Made by a program: the position numbers and the translations under genes | Shown here: positions 1 through 8,722 of the stretch, piece after piece | Position numbering within the stretch: position 1 is the stretch's first letter | How the letters are laid out: every line of letters begins with the position of its first letter | Notes under the pieces: model-generated | What the model saw: only the letters and a program-made list of their open reading frames with translations | Told to the model about the DNA's origin: nothing | Database searches by the model: none | Assembly: GCF_000195915.1 (NCBI RefSeq) | Contig: NC_002578.1 | Location: 963,644 to 987,643, forward strand | Source of the DNA: Thermoplasma acidophilum DSM 1728 | GTDB lineage: Archaea > Thermoplasmatota > Thermoplasmata > Thermoplasmatales > Thermoplasmataceae | Direction of reading: 5' to 3' | Length of the DNA stretch: 24,000 nt

Positions 1-273
<273 letters not shown>

Positions 274-306
274 TCAGGGGATCGCAGCGACCATCATTCG
301 TCGATT

Positions 307-1941
307 TTATTTTTGATCCGGCGAAGCCATGAGTATTATTCCCGTATTTCCATCGATGTATATGCGCTCGCCTTCCTTTATCTGACGAACCAATCTTGCC
401 TTGGTTACAACCGTTTTTCCCTTTAAAGAAGACATAAGAGATGGCTTGATATCAGATGTGAATATGAATGCCCTGAAATCAGTTCCAGGAATTCTTCCAT
501 CCTCAGACATGAGTATGTCTCCCTTCGTACCGTAAGTTGCCGTACCGGATAAGCTATCTCCAAATGAATAGCCTCTTCCTATGAATTTGCCTACAACGGC
601 CACCTTGACGTCGTTCGTCCCTCCAAACGTGAAGTACGGATCGCCGCTGGTCATCACGAGCTTACTTCCATCAGCGAACCTACCAGAACGCACTATGTAT
701 TCCATAATCTCTGAAAAACTAAGATCTTCTGCGTTGCCCTCCATATGCAATGGCAATACGCCGAAGTATATGTTCAGCTTTCTGGCAAGACTCTCGCTTA
801 CAGTGGCAGCGTAGACCATGGCCTTTGGCCTCAGCGACGATATCATCCTAACGGTTGATCCAGTATGCGTAAGTGCCACTATCCCATCGCTCTTGATATC
901 ATCAGAGAGTATCTTCGCTGCCCTTGCTACTGAGTATGCTATGGTGTTTCCCTTAAAGTAATATGAAGAATCGAACGACACCTTGTCCTCCACGTAATCC
1001 GAAACCTCCTTGAGCGTACGGACGGCCTGAACCGGATACTTTCCTATCGCACTCTCCTCGGAGAGCATTAAGGCATCTGCATTGTCTATGATCGCATTTG
1101 TAATGTCTGAAATCTCTGCCCTTGTGGGTGAACTGTTGTTTACCATGGATTCCAGCACCTGGGTCGCTACGATAGTGAAATCGCCATCCTCATGCGCTGT
1201 CTTTATTATGTGCTTCTGAGCCAGCACGACCTCTTTCAAGGGAAGTTCCACACCGAGATCGCCACGCGCCACCATGATGCCATCGGATGACTTCACTATC
1301 TCCTCTATGTTATCCAGGCCGCTCTTCGTCTCTATCTTCGATATTATGTACTGATCGCCACCGCTGTCTATAACGAAGTCGCGCAGGCTGTCAACGTTCT
1401 CAGATTTCTGCACAAATGAAAGGGCGAAGAAGTCCACGCCATCCGCTATGCCCTCCCTTATGAAGGCACGATCCCTGTCCGTTATGGTTCCGAGCTCTAT
1501 GAAACGGCCGGGGATATTCACACGGCTCCTGTCCCTTAGAACGCCATCGTTTAGAGCCCGGATTGTGAACGGATCTGTTGATTCAACCTCGAATGATACT
1601 TCACCATCGCTCATCAGTATCCTGTCGCCAACCTGAACAGCCGAAAGCACGTTCATGTTGTTCAGGACTATGTCTTTGCCCATGACGTAGTCCTTACCGG
1701 ATGATATTTTCAATGTACCACCCGCGAATTCGCCCGTTCTGAGCTCTGGGCCCTTCAGGTCTATCATTATACCAACGTCCCTGTTGATAGAACGAACCAT
1801 CTGCGTTATCTTCGATACATCCTTTATATCTGCATGTGCAGAATTTATTCTTACCAGCGAAAGACCGTTGTCTATCATCTGTTTCATTATCTCGGGCGAA
1901 CTGCTAGCCGGGCCTATTGTCGCAACTATCTTGGTCTTCAT
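307..1941 (-). CDS. pyk: Pyruvate kinase with a C-terminal PEP-utilizer-like extension (about 544 aa)
   Basis: N-terminus MKTKIVATIGPAS, then MIDLKGPELR and MVARGDLGVE, are canonical pyruvate kinase motifs. The ORF track starts at a GTG at 1947. I prefer the ATG at 1941 because GGAGGTG (reverse complement of 1949..1955) lies 7 nt upstream of it. About 90 extra C-terminal residues lie beyond the normal PK C domain. Confidence 0.93.
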   Translation of the reverse strand: MKTKIVATIGPASSSPEIMKQMIDNGLSLVRINSAHADIKDVSKITQMVRSINRDVGIMIDLKGPELRTGEFAGGTLKISSGKDYVMGKDIVLNNMNVLSAVQVGDRILMSDGEVSFEVESTDPFTIRALNDGVLRDRSRVNIPGRFIELGTITDRDRAFIREGIADGVDFFALSFVQKSENVDSLRDFVIDSGGDQYIISKIETKSGLDNIEEIVKSSDGIMVARGDLGVELPLKEVVLAQKHIIKTAHEDGDFTIVATQVLESMVNNSSPTRAEISDITNAIIDNADALMLSEESAIGKYPVQAVRTLKEVSDYVEDKVSFDSSYYFKGNTIAYSVARAAKILSDDIKSDGIVALTHTGSTVRMISSLRPKAMVYAATVSESLARKLNIYFGVLPLHMEGNAEDLSFSEIMEYIVRSGRFADGSKLVMTSGDPYFTFGGTNDVKVAVVGKFIGRGYSFGDSLSGTATYGTKGDILMSEDGRIPGTDFRAFIFTSDIKPSLMSSLKGKTVVTKARLVRQIKEGERIYIDGNTGIILMASPDQK

Positions 1942-2331
1942 GAGCACACACCTCCAAGCAGCTTGGGATCATTTGAATGGACTATTATGATCGATCGCCT
2001 TTCATTTACATGAGCGTGAATTCTTTCAATGAAACCTACTTTTAGACATTTTTGTGAAGAATATGCACCGTAATCAGCATAAGATTTACTTGATCCATTG
2101 GATCGATTGTAAACGAACGATCCATGAAATCCGCGAGTCAAAATTTTCCACATCATTATTGGTTATGTAAACATCACAATAAATCCTTTTGATCCGATTT
2201 CACTTCTAGCAAAACATGCACCAGGATGCTGCTCAGGGACATCGTTTCCTTCATCCGTGCAATATGCGGGCATCATATCGAAGGCCAACATTGCGTCCAA
2301 TAAACGGTTCTCGAAATGCGCAACACATTAG

Positions 2332-2345
2332 AAATTAATTAATAG
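2332..2345 (+). promoter_or_regulatory. TATA-box-like element for gdh (AAATTAATTAATAG); leaderless or near-leaderless transcript
   Basis: The AT-only 14-mer is centred about 28 nt upstream of the ATG at 2366, and there is no Shine-Dalgarno sequence in between. Its core TTAATTAA is palindromic. Confidence 0.45.
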
Positions 2346-2365
2346 AATCTAGCATTCCCGCACTT

Positions 2366-3451
2366 ATGACTGAACAGAAAGCCATTGTGACAGATGCGCC
2401 CAAAGGTGGCGTGAAATACACAACAATAGACATGCCTGAACCGGAACATTACGACGCCAAGCTTTCACCTGTATACATAGGAATATGCGGAACGGATCGT
2501 GGAGAGGTGGCTGGTGCCCTGTCATTCACGTACAATCCAGAGGGGGAGAATTTTCTTGTTCTCGGGCACGAGGCGCTTCTGCGTGTTGACGATGCCCGTG
2601 ATAATGGCTACATAAAGAAGGGCGATCTTGTAGTACCCCTCGTGAGAAGGCCTGGAAAATGCATCAACTGCAGAATAGGCAGGCAGGATAACTGTTCCAT
2701 AGGTGATCCGGACAAACATGAGGCTGGAATAACTGGGCTTCATGGTTTCATGCGCGATGTCATATACGACGATATAGAGTATCTCGTTAAGGTTGAAGAT
2801 CCAGAACTGGGAAGGATCGCAGTGCTTACGGAGCCTCTGAAAAATGTCATGAAGGCTTTTGAGGTCTTCGACGTTGTGTCAAAAAGATCCATATTCTTCG
2901 GGGACGATTCCACGCTCATAGGTAAGAGGATGGTCATAATAGGCAGCGGGAGCGAGGCTTTCCTCTACTCGTTTGCAGGCGTAGATCGCGGTTTCGACGT
3001 CACAATGGTGAACAGGCACGATGAGACGGAAAACAAGCTGAAGATCATGGACGAGTTCGGCGTCAAGTTCGCAAACTACCTTAAGGACATGCCGGAAAAG
3101 ATAGATCTCCTGGTTGACACCAGTGGTGATCCAACGACGACATTCAAGTTCCTCAGGAAGGTAAACAACAACGGCGTCGTCATATTGTTCGGCACGAACG
3201 GCAAGGCGCCCGGCTATCCAGTGGATGGCGAGGACATAGATTACATCGTGGAGAGGAACATAACAATAGCCGGATCGGTTGATGCCGCGAAGATACACTA
3301 CGTGCAGGCCCTTCAGTCCCTCAGCAACTGGAACAGAAGACACCCAGATGCCATGAAGAGCATCATAACATACGAGGCGAAGCCGTCCGAAACCAACATA
3401 TTCTTCCAGAAACCACACGGAGAGATAAAGACGGTGATAAAGTGGCAGTGA
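2366..3451 (+). CDS. gdh: Glucose 1-dehydrogenase, zinc-dependent medium-chain dehydrogenase/reductase family (non-phosphorylative Entner-Doudoroff pathway)
   Basis: The 361-aa ORF starts [48 protein letters not shown] recognise this as the Thermoplasma acidophilum glucose dehydrogenase sequence. It carries the MDR zinc-ligand region GICGTD...GHE and the nucleotide-binding loop IIGSGSEA. Confidence 0.95.
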   Translation: MTEQKAIVTDAPKGGVKYTTIDMPEPEHYDAKLSPVYIGICGTDRGEVAGALSFTYNPEGENFLVLGHEALLRVDDARDNGYIKKGDLVVPLVRRPGKCINCRIGRQDNCSIGDPDKHEAGITGLHGFMRDVIYDDIEYLVKVEDPELGRIAVLTEPLKNVMKAFEVFDVVSKRSIFFGDDSTLIGKRMVIIGSGSEAFLYSFAGVDRGFDVTMVNRHDETENKLKIMDEFGVKFANYLKDMPEKIDLLVDTSGDPTTTFKFLRKVNNNGVVILFGTNGKAPGYPVDGEDIDYIVERNITIAGSVDAAKIHYVQALQSLSNWNRRHPDAMKSIITYEAKPSETNIFFQKPHGEIKTVIKWQ

Positions 3452-4278
3452 AGATCCTCAGGGGAGAGGAGATCGCCGAAAAGAAAGCCGAAAACCTGCA
3501 TGGGATAATTGAAAGATCCGGGCTCGAACCATCGCTGAAACTTATACAGATTGGAGATAATGAGGCTGCCTCAATATATGCCAGGGCAAAGATCAGAAGG
3601 GGAAAGAAGATCGGTATAGCCGTGGACCTGGAAAAGTATGATGACATTTCGATGAAAGACCTTCTGAAGAGGATAGACGATCTAGCGAAGGATCCACAGA
3701 TAAATGGAATCATGATAGAAAATCCGCTGCCAAAGGGCTTTGATTATTATGAGATAGTCAGGAATATTCCCTACTATAAGGACGTGGATGCGCTCTCCCC
3801 ATACAACCAGGGACTCATAGCCCTTAACCGTGAATTCCTCGTGCCTGCAACACCCCGTGCCGTGATAGATATCATGGATTACTATGGATATCATGAAAAT
3901 ACGGTGACCATAGTGAATAGATCTCCCGTTGTTGGCCGGCCACTGTCGATGATGCTTCTCAACAGGAATTACACAGTATCGGTATGCCACAGCAAAACAA
4001 AGGATATAGGCTCGATGACAAGATCTTCGAAGATCGTGGTTGTGGCCGTGGGAAGGCCTGGATTTCTCAATAGGGAAATGGTTACACCAGGGTCCGTTGT
4101 CATAGATGTCGGCATAAACTACGTAAACGACAAGGTGGTTGGGGATGCAAATTTTGAGGATCTTTCAGAATATGTAGAGGCCATAACCCCTGTGCCGGGA
4201 GGGGTTGGCCCGATAACGGCAACAAACATACTCGAAAACGTTGTGAAGGCGGCAGAATTCCAAAAAAACAACCTGTAA
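3442..4278 (+). CDS. folD: Bifunctional methylenetetrahydrofolate dehydrogenase / methenyltetrahydrofolate cyclohydrolase
   Basis: The 278-aa ORF has the C-terminal [11 protein letters not shown] motif and [11 protein letters not shown]...CHSKT typical of FolD. It uses a GTG start at 3442 and overlaps the gdh stop (3449..3451) by 10 nt. Confidence 0.9.
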   Translation: MAVKILRGEEIAEKKAENLHGIIERSGLEPSLKLIQIGDNEAASIYARAKIRRGKKIGIAVDLEKYDDISMKDLLKRIDDLAKDPQINGIMIENPLPKGFDYYEIVRNIPYYKDVDALSPYNQGLIALNREFLVPATPRAVIDIMDYYGYHENTVTIVNRSPVVGRPLSMMLLNRNYTVSVCHSKTKDIGSMTRSSKIVVVAVGRPGFLNREMVTPGSVVIDVGINYVNDKVVGDANFEDLSEYVEAITPVPGGVGPITATNILENVVKAAEFQKNNL

Positions 4279-4493
4279 ATTTTTAAATTCCATTACCGAT
4301 CCATTTACAATATCAGAAAATTAGGAGCGTATGCCCGGTTACCTCTCTTCAACTTACTTTTGCGATGAATCGTTTCCATAGAAATTGTACAATTGAATGA
4401 TCATGGATCGACGCTGGTGATGCGGCATTTCGGAAAAGAAGCAATCTTTGGAATACGCTTATGCGAATGAAATTCCAGCAGATGACAACGAAG

Positions 4494-4508
4494 TTTTATA
4501 ATTAATTT
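4494..4508 (+). promoter_or_regulatory. TATA-box-like element for nadE (TTTTATAATTAATTT)
   Basis: The AT-only element is centred about 25 nt upstream of the ATG at 4526, with no SD sequence. Confidence 0.45.
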
Positions 4509-4525
4509 GCAATACGTTTATCCGT

Positions 4526-5251
4526 ATGCCGGATTATATGCAAGAAATTGAAAGAATTTCGGAATTCCTCAGAAAGGTTCTTCAGGGGAAAAATGCCGTC
4601 ATCGGCATCAGCGGCGGAATTGACAGTTCCGTCACACTTGCGCTTTTAACAAGATCAATACCGAAGGAGAGAATAATCCCGGTTTTCATGCCGGATCGGA
4701 ACACACAGCAGGCAGACTATGACGATGTGCAGAAGCTCACACAGAAACTTGGGCTTACGTACAGAGAAGTGCGGATAGATCCCATGGTCGATTCATTCGT
4801 TAGCACATTGGCTGCTACCGATCGTGCCGCAATAGGAAACATAAAATCCAGAACAAGAATGATCATACTCTACTATTTTGCAAACACCAACGGCGGCATG
4901 GTCGTTGGGACAACAAACAGAACGGAGCTGCTTCTTGGCTACTTCACCAAATACGGTGACGGAGGATGCGATGTCGAACCAATTGAGCATCTCTACAAGC
5001 GGGACGTCTACGAACTCGCGAAGATACTCGATATTCCTGAATCCATAATGAAGAAGAAGCCCACCGCTGGACTGTGGGCAGGGCAGACGGATGAAGACGA
5101 GATAGGCATGTCATATGCGCAAATGGATGAAATACTGAGCGATGTATTCGATAAGGGAACATACAATGATAAGCCGGAGTATAAGAAAATAATGGAAATG
5201 CACAGCCTTTCCGATCATAAAAGGAACCTTCCTTACTCACTGAAAAAATGA
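4526..5251 (+). CDS. nadE: NH3-dependent NAD+ synthetase
   Basis: The 241-aa ORF has the PP-loop SGGIDSSV, followed by GTTNRTELLLGYFTKYGDGGCD and KKPTAGLW, all characteristic of NadE. Confidence 0.92.
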   Translation: MPDYMQEIERISEFLRKVLQGKNAVIGISGGIDSSVTLALLTRSIPKERIIPVFMPDRNTQQADYDDVQKLTQKLGLTYREVRIDPMVDSFVSTLAATDRAAIGNIKSRTRMIILYYFANTNGGMVVGTTNRTELLLGYFTKYGDGGCDVEPIEHLYKRDVYELAKILDIPESIMKKKPTAGLWAGQTDEDEIGMSYAQMDEILSDVFDKGTYNDKPEYKKIMEMHSLSDHKRNLPYSLKK

Positions 5252-5257
5252 TCTCAG

Positions 5258-6556
5258 ATGACGGCCATCTTTCCATTTGGATATTATCTGGACGTGAGCC
5301 TCATTCTCGTTCTCGGGGCCATAGCTCTGCCCATATCCAGGAAGATGTCCGTCGTTGAGATACCGATACTGGTCTTTCTAGGCATAATAATAGGGCCGAT
5401 GCTTCACCTGATTAGCCCTAATTTTTCCGTCTACCTCTTCTCCTCATTCGCCGGCGTAGGCATAGGAATGATGGGGCTTGTGATCATACTGTACAGCGAA
5501 AGCCACAACATGAATCTTAAGGTGCTCAGAAGCGAGTTCTACCGCATAGCCTCGCTGGACACTTTGGGCGTTATAATAACTGCAGTCGTTGCTGGGCTTG
5601 TCTTCACCGTACTGACTGGAGCCCCAATAATAGTGGGCTTCCTCTTCGGTGCCATAGTGTCGCCAACCGATCCGGTCACTCTGATACCACTGTTCAGGCG
5701 CGTAAAGGTGAGCGAGGACATATCGGAGATACTTGTAGGCGAAAGCCTCTTCAACGACCCGGTTGGCATAATACTAGTATCGGTAGGCATTGCGCTTCTG
5801 GCCCCGCAATCCTCTTATGTTTCACTGTTTTCGGCCATGAATAGAGTGATAACATTCTATCCGTCGATCGTCGCGTACTTTCTGATTCAAGTGGCTGTTC
5901 CATCCATAGTTGGAATAGCAATAGGGTTCAGCGTCATATACTTGGACAAGAAGATAAAGTTCGAAAATTACTTGACGGCCATGCTCCTCGGCCTGGTAAT
6001 ATTTGAATTCACAGTGTTCGAAAGCCTGTCGATAACGCCTTTTCCGGCCATAATAGCGACCGGCGCAATTGTCGGCAATTTTTCGGACAAGAACATATTC
6101 TGGTCAAGGGAACAGAATTTTCAGGAAAGCCTTTCATTCCTCAGCGCGGCAATCATCTTCATACTCATAGGATCTTCTTTCACACTTTCAGAAATAGTTT
6201 CCTACATTCTCCTCGGGATTGCGCTGACCATCCTGATCGTTTTTCTGGTCAGGCCGCTTGCCGTATTCCCAAGCCTCATGATAGCCGATGCCAGGAAACC
6301 GAAGATGAAGTCGTATTACAAGATTGCGGCATTCATATCCCTAGTCGGCCCCAGAGGGGTTGTGCCAGTCGTTCTCTCAACCCTTCCATACGTGGTCGGC
6401 GAGGAATACAACATCCCTGTTCTTGTCACATGGGGCCCGCTTATAAGCGTATCTGCGCTCTTCGTGGTACTGTTCTCAATAGTTCTACAGACGCTTTACA
6501 CACCCATAATAAGAAACATTTTCCTGCCTGATTCAGGAAATGGCTCCGAGAAATAG
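5258..6556 (+). CDS. Na+/H+ (monovalent cation/proton) antiporter, CPA1 / NhaP type
   Basis: The 432-aa polytopic membrane protein has more than 10 hydrophobic segments. It contains GAIVSPTDPV and GESLFNDP motifs typical of CPA1 exchangers. It starts 6 nt after the nadE stop, so it is likely co-transcribed. Confidence 0.85.
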   Translation: MTAIFPFGYYLDVSLILVLGAIALPISRKMSVVEIPILVFLGIIIGPMLHLISPNFSVYLFSSFAGVGIGMMGLVIILYSESHNMNLKVLRSEFYRIASLDTLGVIITAVVAGLVFTVLTGAPIIVGFLFGAIVSPTDPVTLIPLFRRVKVSEDISEILVGESLFNDPVGIILVSVGIALLAPQSSYVSLFSAMNRVITFYPSIVAYFLIQVAVPSIVGIAIGFSVIYLDKKIKFENYLTAMLLGLVIFEFTVFESLSITPFPAIIATGAIVGNFSDKNIFWSREQNFQESLSFLSAAIIFILIGSSFTLSEIVSYILLGIALTILIVFLVRPLAVFPSLMIADARKPKMKSYYKIAAFISLVGPRGVVPVVLSTLPYVVGEEYNIPVLVTWGPLISVSALFVVLFSIVLQTLYTPIIRNIFLPDSGNGSEK

Positions 6557-6588
6557 TCCGATCGTGTGCGAAAACTCTTGTCAATCGC

Positions 6589-6602
6589 ATAAAGTTTAAA
6601 AT
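6589..6602 (+). promoter_or_regulatory. TATA-box-like element (ATAAAGTTTAAAAT) for the four-gene type IV filament-like operon
   Basis: The element is centred about 29 nt upstream of the GTG start at 6625, with no SD sequence. It is the only AT-rich box in the 68-nt spacer after the antiporter gene. Confidence 0.4.
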
Positions 6603-6624
6603 CAGCCGCACGGGATTTCATTTC

Positions 6625-7875
6625 GTGCAGGCCCAGTATCGCACTCAGGAAGGTGTACATTATGATATAGAATCCAGCGGCTACATGCGCGTGACCGAGC
6701 CGGAGATGGATCAGAACCTGAGAGATGCGATCAGGATGGTTATAAATGAGCTTACATCGTCCTCTGGAGAGGTTTCGCAGTGGACTCTCCGTGAGATAAC
6801 GGCCCGATACAGGAATCTCTACAGGATAAAGGATCCATTTGTTCTTGATTACTATATAAATAGGTATATGTCTGGCCTGAGGAGTGTTTATCCACTTTAT
6901 ATAAACGATGCCATTGAAAGAATAATGTCGAATGGCTATGACAGACCAGTGATCGTGCAGTACAACGGGAAGTATTACGAAACCAATATAACGCTCAAGC
7001 GTGAGGATCTTGATTCAATAGCCATAAGGGTGTCGCAGATGATGGGGAAAAAGATATCGAGCGGCAGCCCCATAGCTTATGGTAACCTTCAGAACTTCAG
7101 ATCGATTGTGACCTTCGGCGATGACGTAACGCCCTTCGGTTCCTCCTTGTACCTTGAGCGGAGGCATGTTGTTGCCGATCCAGAGGCCATGTCAAGCATG
7201 AAGGATCCGATGGTCTCTGCATACCTGATCATGGCTCTGGAAAATATGAGATCGATCATGATCATAGGCCCGGATAGCCCTATGAAAATAGCGATAATAT
7301 ACCATCTCATACGCATGATTGGATCTGAAAAAAAGATAGCGTACATCGGTGAAAACGGCAGGTTCGACTTTCCAAGAAACATAGTTTACATGATGCCCAG
7401 AGAAAGGACAGTTTTCAGCAGCGAGATCAGCCGCACAGATCTCATAAACACTGCACTGAGGCAGAGGCCGGATTTCATCGTCGTCAACGGGCTGACAGCC
7501 AGAGAGTTGCCCGCTGCGGTGCAGGCAATAACCACTGGCCATCCTACATTATCTTCCATGGATATCGATAGCATAGAGAATTTCTCATCCCTGTTCTCGG
7601 ATCCATCCACAGGGCTTTCGAAGGACATGATCAGCCTTTTCGACGTGGTTATTGAAATAGCGGATAACGGGGAATACGTTAAGGCGATATACGAGTATGA
7701 CAGGCTTGAGGGGCAAGAGGTGCTGTACAATGTACCCTTCTCCGCTGACAGGAAAAGGAAGCTCGTTTTCAGTGGATATAGCGGCATATTCCGAAGAATG
7801 TCGAAGGTCATAGGAGAGGATAGCTTCAGGCAGGCACTGGAGAACAGGATGAAGGAACTTGATGGGGGTGCCTGA
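6625..7875 (+). CDS. FlaI/TadA/VirB11-superfamily (T2SSE) secretion-ATPase paralog with degenerate catalytic motifs
   Basis: The 416-aa ORF is collinear by eye with the ATPase at 9456..10694 from the N-terminal domain through the P-loop region. Walker A reads GPDSPMKI (7267..7290) instead of GxxxxGKT. The Walker B / catalytic Glu region reads YIGENGRF versus VLVEDTHEL. The GEIRG box is replaced by NGLTA. The His box TTVH is replaced by SSMD. The start is a GTG at 6625. Confidence 0.7.
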   Translation: MQAQYRTQEGVHYDIESSGYMRVTEPEMDQNLRDAIRMVINELTSSSGEVSQWTLREITARYRNLYRIKDPFVLDYYINRYMSGLRSVYPLYINDAIERIMSNGYDRPVIVQYNGKYYETNITLKREDLDSIAIRVSQMMGKKISSGSPIAYGNLQNFRSIVTFGDDVTPFGSSLYLERRHVVADPEAMSSMKDPMVSAYLIMALENMRSIMIIGPDSPMKIAIIYHLIRMIGSEKKIAYIGENGRFDFPRNIVYMMPRERTVFSSEISRTDLINTALRQRPDFIVVNGLTARELPAAVQAITTGHPTLSSMDIDSIENFSSLFSDPSTGLSKDMISLFDVVIEIADNGEYVKAIYEYDRLEGQEVLYNVPFSADRKRKLVFSGYSGIFRRMSKVIGEDSFRQALENRMKELDGGA

Positions 7876-8722
7876 TCATATGATCAAATCGGCCAATATC
7901 AAGACGGCTGTAGATAGCAGCGTATCCAGGATAATACCGAGATCCACCGTGAAGAAATATGAGGATCTCATGGTCAGGGCCAGAATGAATGCTGGAGCCC
8001 TGACCTATCTCATATCAGCTTACGAATACGCAATCTCCGGCGCGGTGATCGTCATCCTGGCCGGTGTGCTTTCATACGTATTTGCGCATTCAATATGGAT
8101 AATAATTTTGTCCATATCGTTTCTAATATATGCCGTTGCCCTGTACTACCTCTTCACGCTGCCCGAGATAAGGGTGAAATCCATCAAATCAAATATAGAA
8201 CATGTGATGCCAGATGCACTTGCCGTTGCCTATGGCCTGTCGCTTTCAGGCGTGCCTGCAGACACCATGATCAGCGAGCTGGCCGGCATAAAGGAGCTTG
8301 GCGAATTCGCGAAGGAATCCCAGAGAGTGAATTCCTTTATGTACGCAATGGGCTATGATTTCCTCAGCGCTCTTGAACGCAGCGAGAAGGTCAGCGCTTC
8401 TCCGGATTTCTCTAGATTCGTGGCCGGCATAAGATTATCGATAATACTGAACTCAGATCTGACGGCTTTTCTCAGAGACAGACTTGATTACTACGTGAGA
8501 GTTCAGGAAAATAAGTCGAAGTTGTCGCTGGATTCCCTGGGCCTGGCAGCAGAAAGCTATGTTGCGGTGGCCATTGCGTTTCCCATATTGCTCTATCTCA
8601 CCGGATCCATAATATCCATAAAGAACAGCTCCGTTCTGTTCTTCGTTCTTTCTATGATGGTTCTTGTGGTATCGGCTGCGGTTATGGGCTACTTTACAGA
8701 AAGGATAAGGAGGGAAGTATGA
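7862..8722 (+). CDS. Type IV filament platform protein, single T2SSF domain (FlaJ/TadB/EpdJ-like half)
   Basis: The roughly 286-aa ORF has two N-proximal TM helices and a soluble helical domain (MPDALAVAYGLSLSGVPADTMISELAG...GYDFLSALE), followed by C-terminal TM helices. This is the T2SSF architecture. Candidate starts are TTG 7859, ATG 7862 and ATG 7880. The first two overlap the upstream stop at 7873..7875. Confidence 0.65.
   Translation: MGVPDHMIKSANIKTAVDSSVSRIIPRSTVKKYEDLMVRARMNAGALTYLISAYEYAISGAVIVILAGVLSYVFAHSIWIIILSISFLIYAVALYYLFTLPEIRVKSIKSNIEHVMPDALAVAYGLSLSGVPADTMISELAGIKELGEFAKESQRVNSFMYAMGYDFLSALERSEKVSASPDFSRFVAGIRLSIILNSDLTAFLRDRLDYYVRVQENKSKLSLDSLGLAAESYVAVAIAFPILLYLTGSIISIKNSSVLFFVLSMMVLVVSAAVMGYFTERIRREV

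Noticed and set aside
1938-2156. A 72-aa minus-strand ORF spans the pyk start and part of the pyk-gdh spacer.
   Set aside because: It overlaps the pyk SD/start region, has no promoter-like element of its own, and its sequence shows no recognisable motif. It is most likely a chance ORF inside the pyk 5' UTR.
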